Part shown: in pieces, positions 9,153 through 20,588 of the stretch
How the letters are laid out: each line of letters starts with the position of its first letter
Position numbering within the stretch: position 1 is the stretch's first letter
Origin: Cladosporium halotolerans
Taxonomy: Eukaryota
Assembly (NCBI RefSeq): GCF_011745625.1
Contig: NW_027191454.1
Location: 620,001-684,000, forward strand
DNA length: 64,000 nucleotides
Direction: 5' to 3'
Notes under the pieces: model-generated
The model's database searches: none
What the model was told of the DNA's origin: nothing
The model's input: the letters and a program-made list of their open reading frames with translations, nothing else
Program-made: the position numbers and the translations under genes

Positions 9153-12100
9153 ATGGAAAAACTCAGAAGAATGGGCATGATCAATCTGCTTCCGCTTTGA
9201 CTCACAGTGTTTGGCGCTGACCATAATCGCAGTGTCGCGTGGATCGTCAAGTGAAGAAACTCGCCCTGAGCCCAAGCGTTCATCATCCTCCACCTCTTAC
9301 CACACGAATACCGGCATTAGTAGTCCGCAGTACAGCGACACAATCAGTCCACAACCGCTCACCACACCAACCGCACAGAACTCTGCGCCCGAACGCAAGA
9401 GCAGCTTCAGCTCAATCGCTGAGAGTGAGTGTTTAGTGCCTTGTGATTCCTGCGTTTCACACTTCACTCTCGGGCTATCGAGCGCAGTGTCAGCACTCTT
9501 CTATGATACTTCTGTCGCTCCCCTCTCACGCTTTTGTTGCGCTGCTCTAGGTGCGAGTCAATTGTGGTCACATCTTCAGCGGCTTCTGTTCTAGTTTGCG
9601 CGCATTTCTCGATCATTTGCGCCATTCGCATGGCCTATAGAGCTGCCAAAGCCTGCGTTTGAGGAGGACAAATTGACTAAACGTAACTAGGGTTTCGACG
9701 CAAGAAAGGAGCATCGGAGTCCCCCTTCCGCTGGAGGCGAAAAGCGAAAGAAGACGAGAAACCCAAGCCCAAACGGGCGGATATTCTTGCTAAGCCCACG
9801 ACAAACAAGCTCGTTAACTTCTGGGACGCTGTCCATTCGCCCACACAACCGCACTGGACGAACACACCTTGGTCCCCTGATCCTTTGCCTGACTTCGACA
9901 AGCCATTGCCAACCGTGCCGGAAGAGCCGGTGCAATCCACCCCAGCCATGGATACTTCTATGCTTGTGCCTGGCGGGCCAGACCGCAGAAAGCAAATCCA
10001 GGATGCGAAAGACATGTATCAGATCATTGTGCGCAATGCTGAAAAGAAGGGTTCGACGGTGCCACCGTATCAGTTTTTGGAGCTCATCGGCAAAGGTTCA
10101 TTTGGCCGAGTTTACAAATGGTGAGCAAATTGCCTCAATTCAGATTGTAGACTCTCGCTGACCTTTTTGCAGTCTCGATAAGGCTACATCAACACTGGTC
10201 GCTGTCAAGATCGTCAACATCGACGACATGGATTTCAGCGCCGACCCGCGCGATCGCGACGAGACTGTGAAAGACTTTCGCAAGGAAGTTGGCATCCTAC
10301 AGCAGCTGAAAGACAGCGGCGCGCGGAATGTCAATTTGATTCACGAGGCTTTTGACCTCCATTCTCAACTCTGGATTATCAGCGACTATTGTACCGGCGG
10401 TAGCGTTCGCACGCTGATGCGCGCAAATCCAACGCCGAAACTCGAAGAGCGCTTCATCATCCCCATCGCACGCGAGCTCGCCGTTGCGATGAAGTGTGTA
10501 CATGATATCGGCGTCATTCACCGTGACATCAAGTGCACAAACGTGTATGTCACGGAGGAAGGGCAGATACAGCTCGGCGATTTCGGCATCGTCGGAGTCA
10601 TGGACGATGGCGCTTCCAAGCGCACAACCATCGTCGGTACACCTTGGTACATGCCACGCGAGATGCATGTCGACGCAGCGTCGGTCTCGCAAGGTTATGG
10701 GACAGAAGTCGACGTCTGGTCATATGGCTGTACTGTGTACGAAATGGCAACAGGACTGGTTCCGAATGCAAATATCCAGATGCACATGCTCAGTTCTGTG
10801 CTCGAGAACGCTCCTCGCTTGCAAGGCGACGAATACTCTGATGGGCTGCGCGACTTTGTCGCATTCTGCCTGAACAACGACCCGAAGGCTCGGCCCACAG
10901 CAGAACAGATTTTGCAGCACCCCTACATTGCGGACACAGAACGCACGCATCCGACGAAGAGTCTGGTCGCGATGATTGAGCGCTATACCATGTGGGAATT
11001 CAAAGGCGGACAGCGTACGTCGCTCTTCAACCCGGGCGGAGCTGCTGCACCCGTTGGCCCAGGCGAGGATGAAGACGAGTCGGCCAACGATGTTGATGAC
11101 TGGAACTTCAGTACGTCGGCCAGCTTCAATCAGGAGTTCGGAAAACGTTATAGTCACATGATCTTGAACGGTCTAGACAGCCTTGGTGGTGGTTTACCGC
11201 CGTTGGAAACCAAGAACCTGACCGTGCTTGAGCAAATTCAGAAGGAACACAAGGAGAAGAGTGCAACGCGCGGCGAGATGTCGCTTGATCGCTTGTTCAA
11301 CACTGGTTCTGCGCCATATGCAATGCACGCGCCTCCTCCAGAGTCGCAGAGCTCACCGCCAGCCTCTGACTTGCCGTTGAGAAACATGGTCGAAGGTAAT
11401 GCTATGCGCGAAAGCACTGTAATGATCGACCTGGACGACGATACTGGATACAGTACGGGCCCCAATTTCAACTTTGACTTCGAAGACCTTCCCACGGTCA
11501 AGGCCAAAAAGGGTGGCTACCTTGACGATGATGAAGAAGAAGAAGAGCACGACGACTACCAATACGGTCAAAACAGTGCCGATGCGGGTGATAAGCGTGC
11601 TACAAAAGATTGGAAATTTCCCAGCGTCGCCACCGCTGCTACGGCACCCAAGCGCGCCACTATGGATTGGACGTTTTCTAACGCGCAGGCCAACGAGCAT
11701 GACGAGGTCGATGCTGTCATGAATCTACCTCCTCTAGGAAACGAAGGCAGTGTTGCCCCCGGATTCAGGCCGCAGCTGAAGCACACTGCAACTGTACCGC
11801 TTGGTCAGTTTGGAGACTACCTCCACAACAACCAACCGTCCGCGGCTGTCGCACCAACGCCAGCTGACATGTCGCGCGATTCTATGAGCTCTATGATCGA
11901 TCTCGACATGGCATTCTCGGATCCGCAGGATCTGCCTCCTCGTCCCTCAACAGCAAGCTCTGCGAGCGGTTCGGCGGGTACGGAGATGACATCGGGAGAT
12001 CCGTTCGATCTAGAAGAAACCCCAGAACAGTCAGATGCGGACCGCAACCGCTTCTCCTCCCATAAGCAATGGCAGTCGGATGGCGGGCCCACGGACAGCA

Positions 12101-12813
12101 ACCGAAGCAGCTTGCGTAACGTGCCCATGCATGCTCGCGGCAGCAGTCTGTCTTCGTCCGCTTCGGAGCTCGAGCGCAGTATTCAGGTACCAGCGGCAGC
12201 CGAGGACGTTTTCGCATACGACTACGACGATAGTCCGAGAAACCCGCAGCTAAAGCCACGATCACAGCTGCAGGTCGCAATGCCAAACTCGGCATCGCTG
12301 AACGGTCAGATGGACTGGCCTGACTTCAGCCAGGACTTCACCTTGGAAGGCAGCCCGGCGTACGGCAACTTTCATGTTCCCCAGACCGACGAGCCAGGTT
12401 TCCCAATGGCTGGCCACGACCACATGGGCGGCGGCTCCGGCGGCATCTCGCTCCCGCCTCTGTCTGTTTCACGCACGCGCGACACGGCCAACGGCGACTC
12501 CTTTGGTAGCCCTCGCGGACCGGAAAATACCCTCGAATTCCCGAACGTTGTTCCTCCAAACCCGGCTGCGCTGGACGAGGACGCCTCTGTCGCCACTCTG
12601 GCCGCCGAGCTTGACCGTATGCTCGACGACATGCGTGGAGCTTTGAAGTCCACTAGTCGCGCGCTGCGCCAGAGTGCGGGCCTGGATGAGGAAGAGCCTG
12701 GATATGAAGGGGGACTCTCGTCTTCGGTTGAAGAGGAAACCGATGCTGGGTTCGAGAGTGTTGGAAGTGGTGGGTTCAGAAGTGGCGTGGAGACGGATGA
12801 GGAAGGTTACTAA
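9153..12813 (+). CDS. Ste20/GCK-family Ser/Thr kinase, Kic1/Nak1-like; short form starts at 9948, long form proposed from 9153; intron 10121-10172
   Basis: LELIGKGSFGRVYK|CLDK..VAVK, HRDIK, DFG, VGTPWYMPRE, DVWSYG, followed by a long acidic non-catalytic tail. Upstream exons 9153-9174, 9233-9424 and 9691-10120 are phase-consistent but less certain. Confidence 0.9.
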
Positions 12814-13049
12814 GGTTTAAGTGATTGAAGAAACTCATGGGAGTAAGAGAGAGCAAGCGGAGAATTGCATATTGCATGGAAGGGAGAAAATGCGATAAGT
12901 GACATCCAAATGAATGTTGTTTGGGCCAGCCACATGCTGGCCTCGAGAAAACGGACTCACCCCTAACTAGGTAGCGAACACAGCGATCGCCTAGGCGAAC
13001 GATGCTGCTAAGTAGCTATCAAACCATTACCAAACCCCTCACCATTACC

Positions 13050-13907
13050 TCACCTCACGACACTCCCACTCCACTGCGAACAGTCCACCTGCACCGCACT
13101 CCCCACACCCAACCCCACCCCCGAGCTCCCAAACAACGCGCTATTCGCCCTCGAGTCAATGCACAAATCGAAATTGACATTCGCGCCGTACTGGTTCGTC
13201 CCAGACAGCCCCGACTGCGCGCACAGCGGGTTGCCCTGCGCAGGACACAGGTTCGTCACCATCACCACGATGCTGTTGCCCGCGTTGCTGACGCGGCGCC
13301 CGGAGCTGTCGGTTTGGATCGTGAGCTTCCAGCACGTTCCGCAGCCGGGGCCGGCGCCGGCACCCTGGGGTTGGTGTTAGTGGTGTTGGTGGGATGAATG
13401 TGTTTGGGGGTTTGGGGGAGGGGCTTACGGGTCCGACGCCGAAGACGTTCTGCGATACGGCGGCGTTGTAGCCTTGCGTGTAGAAGCCGCAGGCGGTCGT
13501 TTTGGTTTGGCAGTTGCCGCTGCCCCAGGTGTCGGTGGAGCCGTATTGCGTGAAGGACGCGGTGTAGGATTTGCCGTTACTGCCGCTGCCGCCGTTGGTT
13601 GGGCTTGAGGAGGCTGGTTTGGTCGAGGTCGTGGTTGGGTTGTTTCCGCCTGAGAGACATGTAGGCGTTAGTTCAGGGTTGGAGAGTCGGATTGAATTCG
13701 TTGGGACTTACCACTACCGCTACCGGGAAGGCACTGCGAGTACCACTGGCTTTGGGCCTTGCAGGTGTAGCCGGAGACGCAGCTTGTCGAGCCGCTCCAG
13801 CCTTGTCCGCCGCATTGCCCGTAGGCCGGGCTTTGGGCGATGGCGGTGCCAACTAATAAAATTGCTAGAGGGAAGAGTTCGAGCAGCATACTGCCAGACT
13901 TAACCAT
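13050..13907 (-). CDS. Secreted CBM1 + linker + GH45/expansin-like endoglucanase domain; introns 13650-13711 and 13365-13428
   Basis: Signal peptide, CBM1 ([32 protein letters not shown]), S/T/G linker, then [19 protein letters not shown] and [14 protein letters not shown], resembling T. reesei Cel45A (EGV)-type domains. Confidence 0.88.
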
Positions 13908-14485
13908 GCAACCGGTTGCCTGTCGATGAAAGGGGAGTGAAGCAGCACTGAATCTCGCGGTAGTTAGAGGAGATAGTATACTCAGGAGATATTGCTGTCA
14001 TGCTACTAGTAATTGAAGATTTTGACGCGTCAAAACCAAGCCCTCCGTTTCAAAGGCGGACACGGCATGTTGACGCCACTAGACTCTTTCTCCTGACCAG
14101 ATACGTGCAACTAAGATGCTCGCCAGGGATCCCGAAGCAGCCACAGCCGTTCTAACTCAACACACTTGGAAGGTCAAGTGAACAGCGAAAGAAACTTGAC
14201 TGACGGGATGTGTTCATTAAGCCCACCAAGCCCTCATTCGTGCCTTTCATTTCTTAATATTGATTGGCCATCATTGCAGATCTGTCAGGCAAGAGGGCGA
14301 GAGGCAGATGTGGTCCAATATTGCGGGACAGTAGATTAAGACGGAGCGGCTGGTGGCGCTAATGCTTTAGGAACGGAGCACATCAACAACCCTTACTGGC
14401 TAGACTGCGACCAATTTCAAATAAGACAGGCAAAGTTGGCATAAGCTTCTGAATCAGCATTGTAAGCATTTGTACATTCTATCGT

Positions 14486-15725
14486 CTAGAGCTTCGCTAC
14501 TCCAAACCCAGTCTTCTTCGCACGACCGAGCATGCTCCTTGATATATCTCGGATCCTCGCAACACCCATCAGGGCCATCGTTCTTGAGAACTCCCGCTCG
14601 AGAATATTTAACACGCCTTCGACGCCCTTCTGACCATCCCATGCCAGTCCCCATAATGCAGTCCTTCCAATCAAGCACAAGTCTGCGCCCAACGCCAGCG
14701 CCTTGAAAACATCGCTACCTCGATTGATACCGCCGTCAAAGATCACCGGGATCTTCCCTCGTACCGCGTCGGCAATTTCAGGCAACGCCTCCAACGTTGA
14801 AGGTACGCCGTCGAGCTGACGTCCGCCGTGATTTGACACAATGATCGCATCGACTCCAGCCTCAACAGCACGCTTGGCATCCTCCTCCGTCATTATACCC
14901 TTCAAGATGATCTTCATCTTAGTCTGAGAGCGTAGCCAAGGGATCACCTCGTCCCAGGTCAAGCCCATGTCTACCATGGTGTCGCGATGCTCGTCGTATA
15001 TCCGCTTGAAGTCGGCGGCGGTCTTGGCTTCGAGTAGCAGAGCTGCTTTCGAAACACCACCGGCACTGCGAGACTTCGAGTTGGACATAGCCATGCCCTT
15101 CGGTAGTTGCAAGGGCTTCTTCCGTTCGTGGATTCGATTTCCCAATACCACAGTGTCAACGGTCAAGACCAGGGCCTCGTAGCCTGAGCTTTCCGCGCGG
15201 CTGATGAGGTCTGCTGTCAAATTGCGCGAGTGAAGAAAGTAGAGCTGGAACCATGGTTTCGGGTAGTGCTCGTCTCTCTCAGGTAGCGCGGTGGCGACGT
15301 CTTCGAGGGAAGTGGTAGCGTTGGAGGAGAGAGTGATGTTGGTACCAAGAGCATATGCGGCGCGAGCGACGTCGGTCTCGCCGTTGCCGCCGGCCAGCTT
15401 CTGATATGCACTTGGTGCAATTGCAATCGGGATGTCGTAGTGTTTTCCAAGAATGGTTGTGCTGGTATCAATGGATGTTACATCGCGAAGGACTTGTGGT
15501 CGGAACAAGAGTCTGGAAATGTTAGTCCGGACAATTGGAGAGGAGACTTAAAAGACGAGCGTACTTCTTGAATATGAGCTCATTTCGATTGACAGATTGC
15601 TCCTCATCAGCGCCGGTTGTGTAGTAGTCCCATACCGCCGGATCAAGGCGCTTTTTCGCGATGTCCTTCACGTCCGAAACCGTGATTGGATCCAGCATCT
15701 CAGTGTCTTTATCGGAGTGTGGCAT
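14486..15725 (-). CDS. FMN-dependent alpha-hydroxy acid oxidase/dehydrogenase with PTS1 (-AKL); intron 15513-15564
   Basis: WDYYTTGA, RPQVLRDV, WFQLY, LTVDT, KGI, SNHGGRQLD, DGGINRGSDVFKALALGA. No cytochrome b5 domain. C-terminus ..GVAKL*. Confidence 0.93.
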
Positions 15726-16848
15726 TATGACTTTGTAAGTGCGCTGGAGAAGAGCTAGAGATATCCGAAGATATAATCCTGTATGGAAACAGAGAAAAAT
15801 GAAGATAAAAAGATGGCGAACAATGAGTGCAACAAGAAACATGCAGGTGATTAGAAAGGGTCGGTAGGGTTGTCGGCGTTTGAACGGTGGTGACGGTATG
15901 TCGGCTTGCGGTTCTCAAAATACAGATAAATCAACAGCGTCTGGGCTTGAATGAGACTGGATACTCAAGAATGATTCCGAGCCAAATCCAGAGAATGTTC
16001 AGACTGCGCCGATATTCTGTTTGCGCATAAATAGGTCCTTGCAAGGTGTTGAAGCAACGGTATGGTCAATGAAACGGCCGTCCGGCTGCGACAGATTAGT
16101 CGGTATTTCTTCTTTCTTTTGAGAACAGCACGATCCTCAGTCGCCGAAATGCTCTCATTGTAGTAACGCGAGGAGGGCGGCAAAGCAACTTTTATTCCGA
16201 CACAACAAGGTGGTCCGATCGAACGTCTTTCTTCCCATCTACGACTAGGCGACCTTGATCGTGCGTTTCTCCGTCACTCTGCTGTGTGGTTCAAAACGTT
16301 CGTTGCCTCCTTGGCCTCAACCTTCCCACACTCGAAGCCGTCACCCTGTCAGAAACGCATTTGCCGATGGGATTCAGGACAGACCGGCAGTTTGTTAGGC
16401 ATGCATCGAACAATAATGACTACGAAAAGTCCAGCTAGATGCTGGCACTTGGTGTTCTTTTGTGCTGGAGCTATGAGCAGCCAGCAGCCAGCAACTAGTA
16501 AGAAGTGTTGGTAAATCACGCGGTAGACGTACTGGGTGCAATTAGTGCTGCACAAGGGTCGTCGATGATTTAACGCTGATAATTGAGGATCGACCACTCT
16601 CGTCAAAGAGTATCCAGAGGTCAACAGGTACTAGTCCATCCGATTGGACGACATGTTGGAAGAAGGATTTAAGCAGGAGTTTAGCTGAATCTCCGCCTAG
16701 AGAACTCCCGCATATGATCGACCAAGGCAACAGCGCAACACCAAAGACATCAGCGTATGCGTGCCATTCTCACCCTCTTGCTTGCTCAACGAGTAGAACA
16801 GATATCAAGAGACGTGACACCAACAGCCCTCGCAACAGCGCTTTAGCT

Positions 16849-17982
16849 ATGGACTCCCAACAACCAAGCATCTTAGTAACAGGAGCCACCGGCTTCATCG
16901 GCGGCACGGTCGTCAACCAGCTCCTCAGCTCCCAGAATCCCGCCCTCGTCAATAGCTGCCTCACTCTCCTCTTACGCGGTAATTCCCGGGCGGACGATTA
17001 TCGCAAAGCCTGGGGCGACCGCACCAACCCAGTCGTCTACCAAGGCCTAGACGACATCGAAGCGACGACCAGCATCGCCGCCGAGCACGACATAGTGCTC
17101 AACATGACCCCCGGCTTCCACGCCGCGTCCGCCCAAGCGCTCCTCCGCGGCCTCGCCCAGCGCAAAGCGCAGACCGGGCGCGCCGTGTACATGGTCCAGC
17201 TGTCGGGGGCTTCGAATCTGGGCGACCAGCCGGTGACGGGTGCTTACGTGGAGGATCAGGAGTTCGACGATGCCAGAGACGATATATACGCGTACGAGCG
17301 CATGCGCGAGGCGTTGCGGCCCTATCTCCAGAGGACGACGGAGCTTGGTGTCATCGATGAGGGCCTGAGGCTGGGCGTGAAGACGCTCGTCATCATGCCG
17401 CCGCTGGTCTTTGGCGTTGGAACGGGGCTGCACAATCGCATCAGTGTCCAGATTCCCGTTTATGTGGAAGCTGCGTTGCAGTATGGCAAGGGGGTGGTGG
17501 TTGGAGAGGGTAAAGGCGAGCTGGATCATGTGCACGTGAGAGACTTGGTGTCTCTGTATGAGATCGTGGTGGTGGACATCATCAAAACTCACGGGGCCAA
17601 TCTGCCGCAGGGGAAGAAAGGCATTATGTTTGCGAGTAATGGCCGACATAATTGGGAAGAGGTGGGGCGGAGGGTCGGGCAAGAATGTTTCATTGAGGGC
17701 GTGATACCTGACTATCACTTGCAGAGCTTGACTTTGGAAGAAGGAGCCAAAGCTTTCAAGGCGTACGCTGACTTGGTTGGAGGCGATCTGGCAGAGATTG
17801 AACTCGGGTTGTGCTGCAATTCCCGGACAGTGGCAAGTGTTGCTAGGGGCTTGGGATGGGAGCCTACCCGTGGCCGTCATGAATGGATGAGAGGATTTCG
17901 TGACGATATTATAGCGGTGTTGGAAAGAAAAGAAGAGCCTCCGTGGGGTCCTATTTACAATATGTCATACACAGCCCGCTGA
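16849..17982 (+). CDS. NAD(P)-dependent epimerase/dehydratase-like (extended/atypical SDR) oxidoreductase
   Basis: N-terminal Rossmann motif ILVTGATGFIGG, plus HVHVRDL and ARGLGWEP. ATG at 16849 (MDSQQPS). Confidence 0.88.
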   Translation: MDSQQPSILVTGATGFIGGTVVNQLLSSQNPALVNSCLTLLLRGNSRADDYRKAWGDRTNPVVYQGLDDIEATTSIAAEHDIVLNMTPGFHAASAQALLRGLAQRKAQTGRAVYMVQLSGASNLGDQPVTGAYVEDQEFDDARDDIYAYERMREALRPYLQRTTELGVIDEGLRLGVKTLVIMPPLVFGVGTGLHNRISVQIPVYVEAALQYGKGVVVGEGKGELDHVHVRDLVSLYEIVVVDIIKTHGANLPQGKKGIMFASNGRHNWEEVGRRVGQECFIEGVIPDYHLQSLTLEEGAKAFKAYADLVGGDLAEIELGLCCNSRTVASVARGLGWEPTRGRHEWMRGFRDDIIAVLERKEEPPWGPIYNMSYTAR

Positions 17983-18008
17983 AACGCGCAATTGGTCAAG
18001 GCACCGTC

Positions 18009-18943
18009 CTAAAGCATGCCCCTTCTCCATGCTCTGTTTGCCAACATCTCAATCTCTTGGGTCTCGACGGGACCCTTGATTGTATCGTCTGAGAGACCCT
18101 CAATGACGGACTCGGCGACCAGATCCGCCTTGAGCGGCTTGCTGCCTCCGGCGCCCATCAGCCAAGTCAAGTTACCTCCGGTCAAGCTGTTCGCGATGAA
18201 GCCGCCGTAGGTGAGTGCGGCCATGGGGATCGTAAAGCCCCTGCTGCTATCGTACAAAAAGCCGGGCCTGACGAAGAACGAGCGCATCTTGGGGAACTTC
18301 GACGCGATTGTGCTCTCGGCTTCCCTTTTGGTCGTGATGTATCTCTTGGGCAAAATAGGCGCGCCAGCTGCTGCAGAGATGTATCCGAAGCTGCCCACAT
18401 TCGCAGCGGCGGCACTGTTGGCGAGGATGATAGCAGAGTCCCGGTTCATAAGCTCATACGTGATTTGGCCGTCGCTCTCCCCAGGCTCGATCCTATCGGC
18501 CTCCATAGGATTTGTGTTCGCTCCCTTCTTGTTGGCCGAGAATGCACGCTGCAGGCCAGAGATCGGCGACTCCTTGCCAGAAACAACACCTTTGTAATCC
18601 GCTTCGAGCAGAATGCCCATGGAGTGCACAACGGCATCCGCGCCCTGTAGTGAATCCTTGTATGTTTCTGGGTGGAGAATGTTCGCGCTCTTCCAATTGA
18701 CCTTCTGCGACCATGCTGGAGCTGTTTGTTCGGATGATACGGATGGCCAGTTGGGCTCGCCGGAGCGGCTGCGGTATATCAGCCATTGCTTGAGTCCTCC
18801 TAGGAACTTGGTATTCCCTACCTGATGGATGTCACATCCCAGTCACGAGCGACTGCTGCCTTGCATATTCTGCTACCCAAAAAGCCATTTCCACCGCAAA
18901 CCACAATCTTTCTCTTAGCGGAAGCTGCTGCCGCTGTAGCCAT
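18009..18943 (-). CDS. COQ11: Mitochondrial NAD(P)-binding protein, Coq11 (ubiquinone biosynthesis)-like; intron 18769-18821
   Basis: Exon 1 KIVVCGGNGFLGSRICKAAVARDWDVTSIS spliced to RSGEP. Also VHSMGILLEADYKG, YISAA, RYITTKREAE, RPGFLYD. Confidence 0.85.
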
Positions 18944-19682
18944 GATTTCTAGGCTTGAATTTCTCTTGATTTAATCACTAGCTTTCGTACAGAATGTATG
19001 CGGGTGCAATGGCGATCTTTGAGTTTGACGAAACGTGAGAGGCAAGTGTTGTAGGAGCGAGGGGGTGAGAGAGAAACGCAATGATCTGGAACTCCTTCGT
19101 GTTTGAGCGCACGCCGATCGCCAAAACTATTGACATCACGATGGTCAGTGCTTCCTTTGACAGATCGATATCTCGGGTAGATCCTCGGTTAGATCCTTGC
19201 CCACCACCTTGATCAGACTACAACATTTCTTCTAACGCAAAGGTGCACATCTTTTCGTCGATGGAGTGAAGATTGCAGGATGTTTGTCAGATGAGTATTC
19301 TACAGGATGCTATGAGCTTACGTTGTATCGAGAGCTAAACCAATATAGACACGACAACTCCAGCTCGTCTACGCGTGCCCTCCGGTAAATACTTGTACAT
19401 TGCTACATTAGTTCCAGAATCATTTGCCTTGTTAAAGTATAGCTGTGTGATTTGCATTGTAAGTATGAAGTTTCGACGACTGGGAAGTCGAATTCCAACA
19501 ATTTTCTTTGTTGCACACGCGCGCCGATCGAACAATACGTTGGACCGAGCACAAAGACAACACCTACCAGGAGAACTATATTGAGACACTGCGGCCTCGA
19601 AAGTAAGTAGATGGCTGTTGGAAACCAGCCTATGTTGCCATGAGCGGCAATTGGACAAATATCAGACCTCACAAACTTCAAG

Positions 19683-20588
19683 ATGAGAATCCTAATGCTC
19701 CATGGCTACGCACAGAATGGCGACACATTCCAGCGCAAGCTCAGAAGCCTAGAAGAAACCCTACGCAGCGCGTTCCCAACTGTAGATTTCACGTACCCCA
19801 ATGGCCCAGTCCCACTACAAACGAGCGACATCCCCGGCCACGAACCCATTCGCAACATCAATGGAGACCTCCAAGACCTCAACCTGCGAGCCTGGTTCCA
19901 CCTTCGCGGCAGTCAGCATCCTCCTGCCGGCCTGCACGAGAGCCTGGTCGAGCTGGCCGAAATACTGCAGCGCGACGGGCCCTTCGACGGCGTCGTCGCC
20001 TTCTCGCAGGGGACCGTTCTGGCTGCGGTGCTGGCCTCGCTGCTGCAGGGACGGGAACGGAGGGAGGCGTACGAGCGTGCCTCACAAGCGTCGTCTAACA
20101 TCATGGCGTTCCCCGAGTCGTTCGTAGACCTCCGACACCCACCGCTGAAGTTCGTGATCGCCTATGCCGGCCGCGTCGGCCGCGCGAGCTGCTACGACTG
20201 GCTGTACAGCGGCCCCAGCATCGACACTCCGTTCTGCCATTTCGTTGGGGCGTTGGATCCGATGGTCGAGCACGAGGAGCGCGACGCGGTGCTCGCGCGG
20301 CTTTCTGGCAGCAATCGCACCGAAGTCATCGTGCATGCCGGCGGCCACTGCGCGCCCGTCGATAGGGAAAGCTTTGCGCGCGCGGTGCGGTTCATCAGCC
20401 GGTGTAGCGGCGGCACTTCGACGGTTTCTGCAGCATCAATAGCCACAGCGCCTAAGGAACCGCTCGAGCTAGCTGTGCCGCGCGACTTTCTCGAAGCAGG
20501 CCCAGCGCTGCTGCCCGAAGAATCTGCTGGTGCGGCGGCGGCCAAGGAGCGCTGCGCGATAGCGTCCTGTAGCATGTATCAGCATTGA
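19683..20588 (+). CDS. FSH1-family serine hydrolase
   Basis: RILMLHGYAQNG, GPFDGVVAFSQG (nucleophile Ser), HFVGALD and HAGGH (candidate Asp/His of the triad). Confidence 0.9.
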   Translation: MRILMLHGYAQNGDTFQRKLRSLEETLRSAFPTVDFTYPNGPVPLQTSDIPGHEPIRNINGDLQDLNLRAWFHLRGSQHPPAGLHESLVELAEILQRDGPFDGVVAFSQGTVLAAVLASLLQGRERREAYERASQASSNIMAFPESFVDLRHPPLKFVIAYAGRVGRASCYDWLYSGPSIDTPFCHFVGALDPMVEHEERDAVLARLSGSNRTEVIVHAGGHCAPVDRESFARAVRFISRCSGGTSTVSAASIATAPKEPLELAVPRDFLEAGPALLPEESAGAAAAKERCAIASCSMYQH

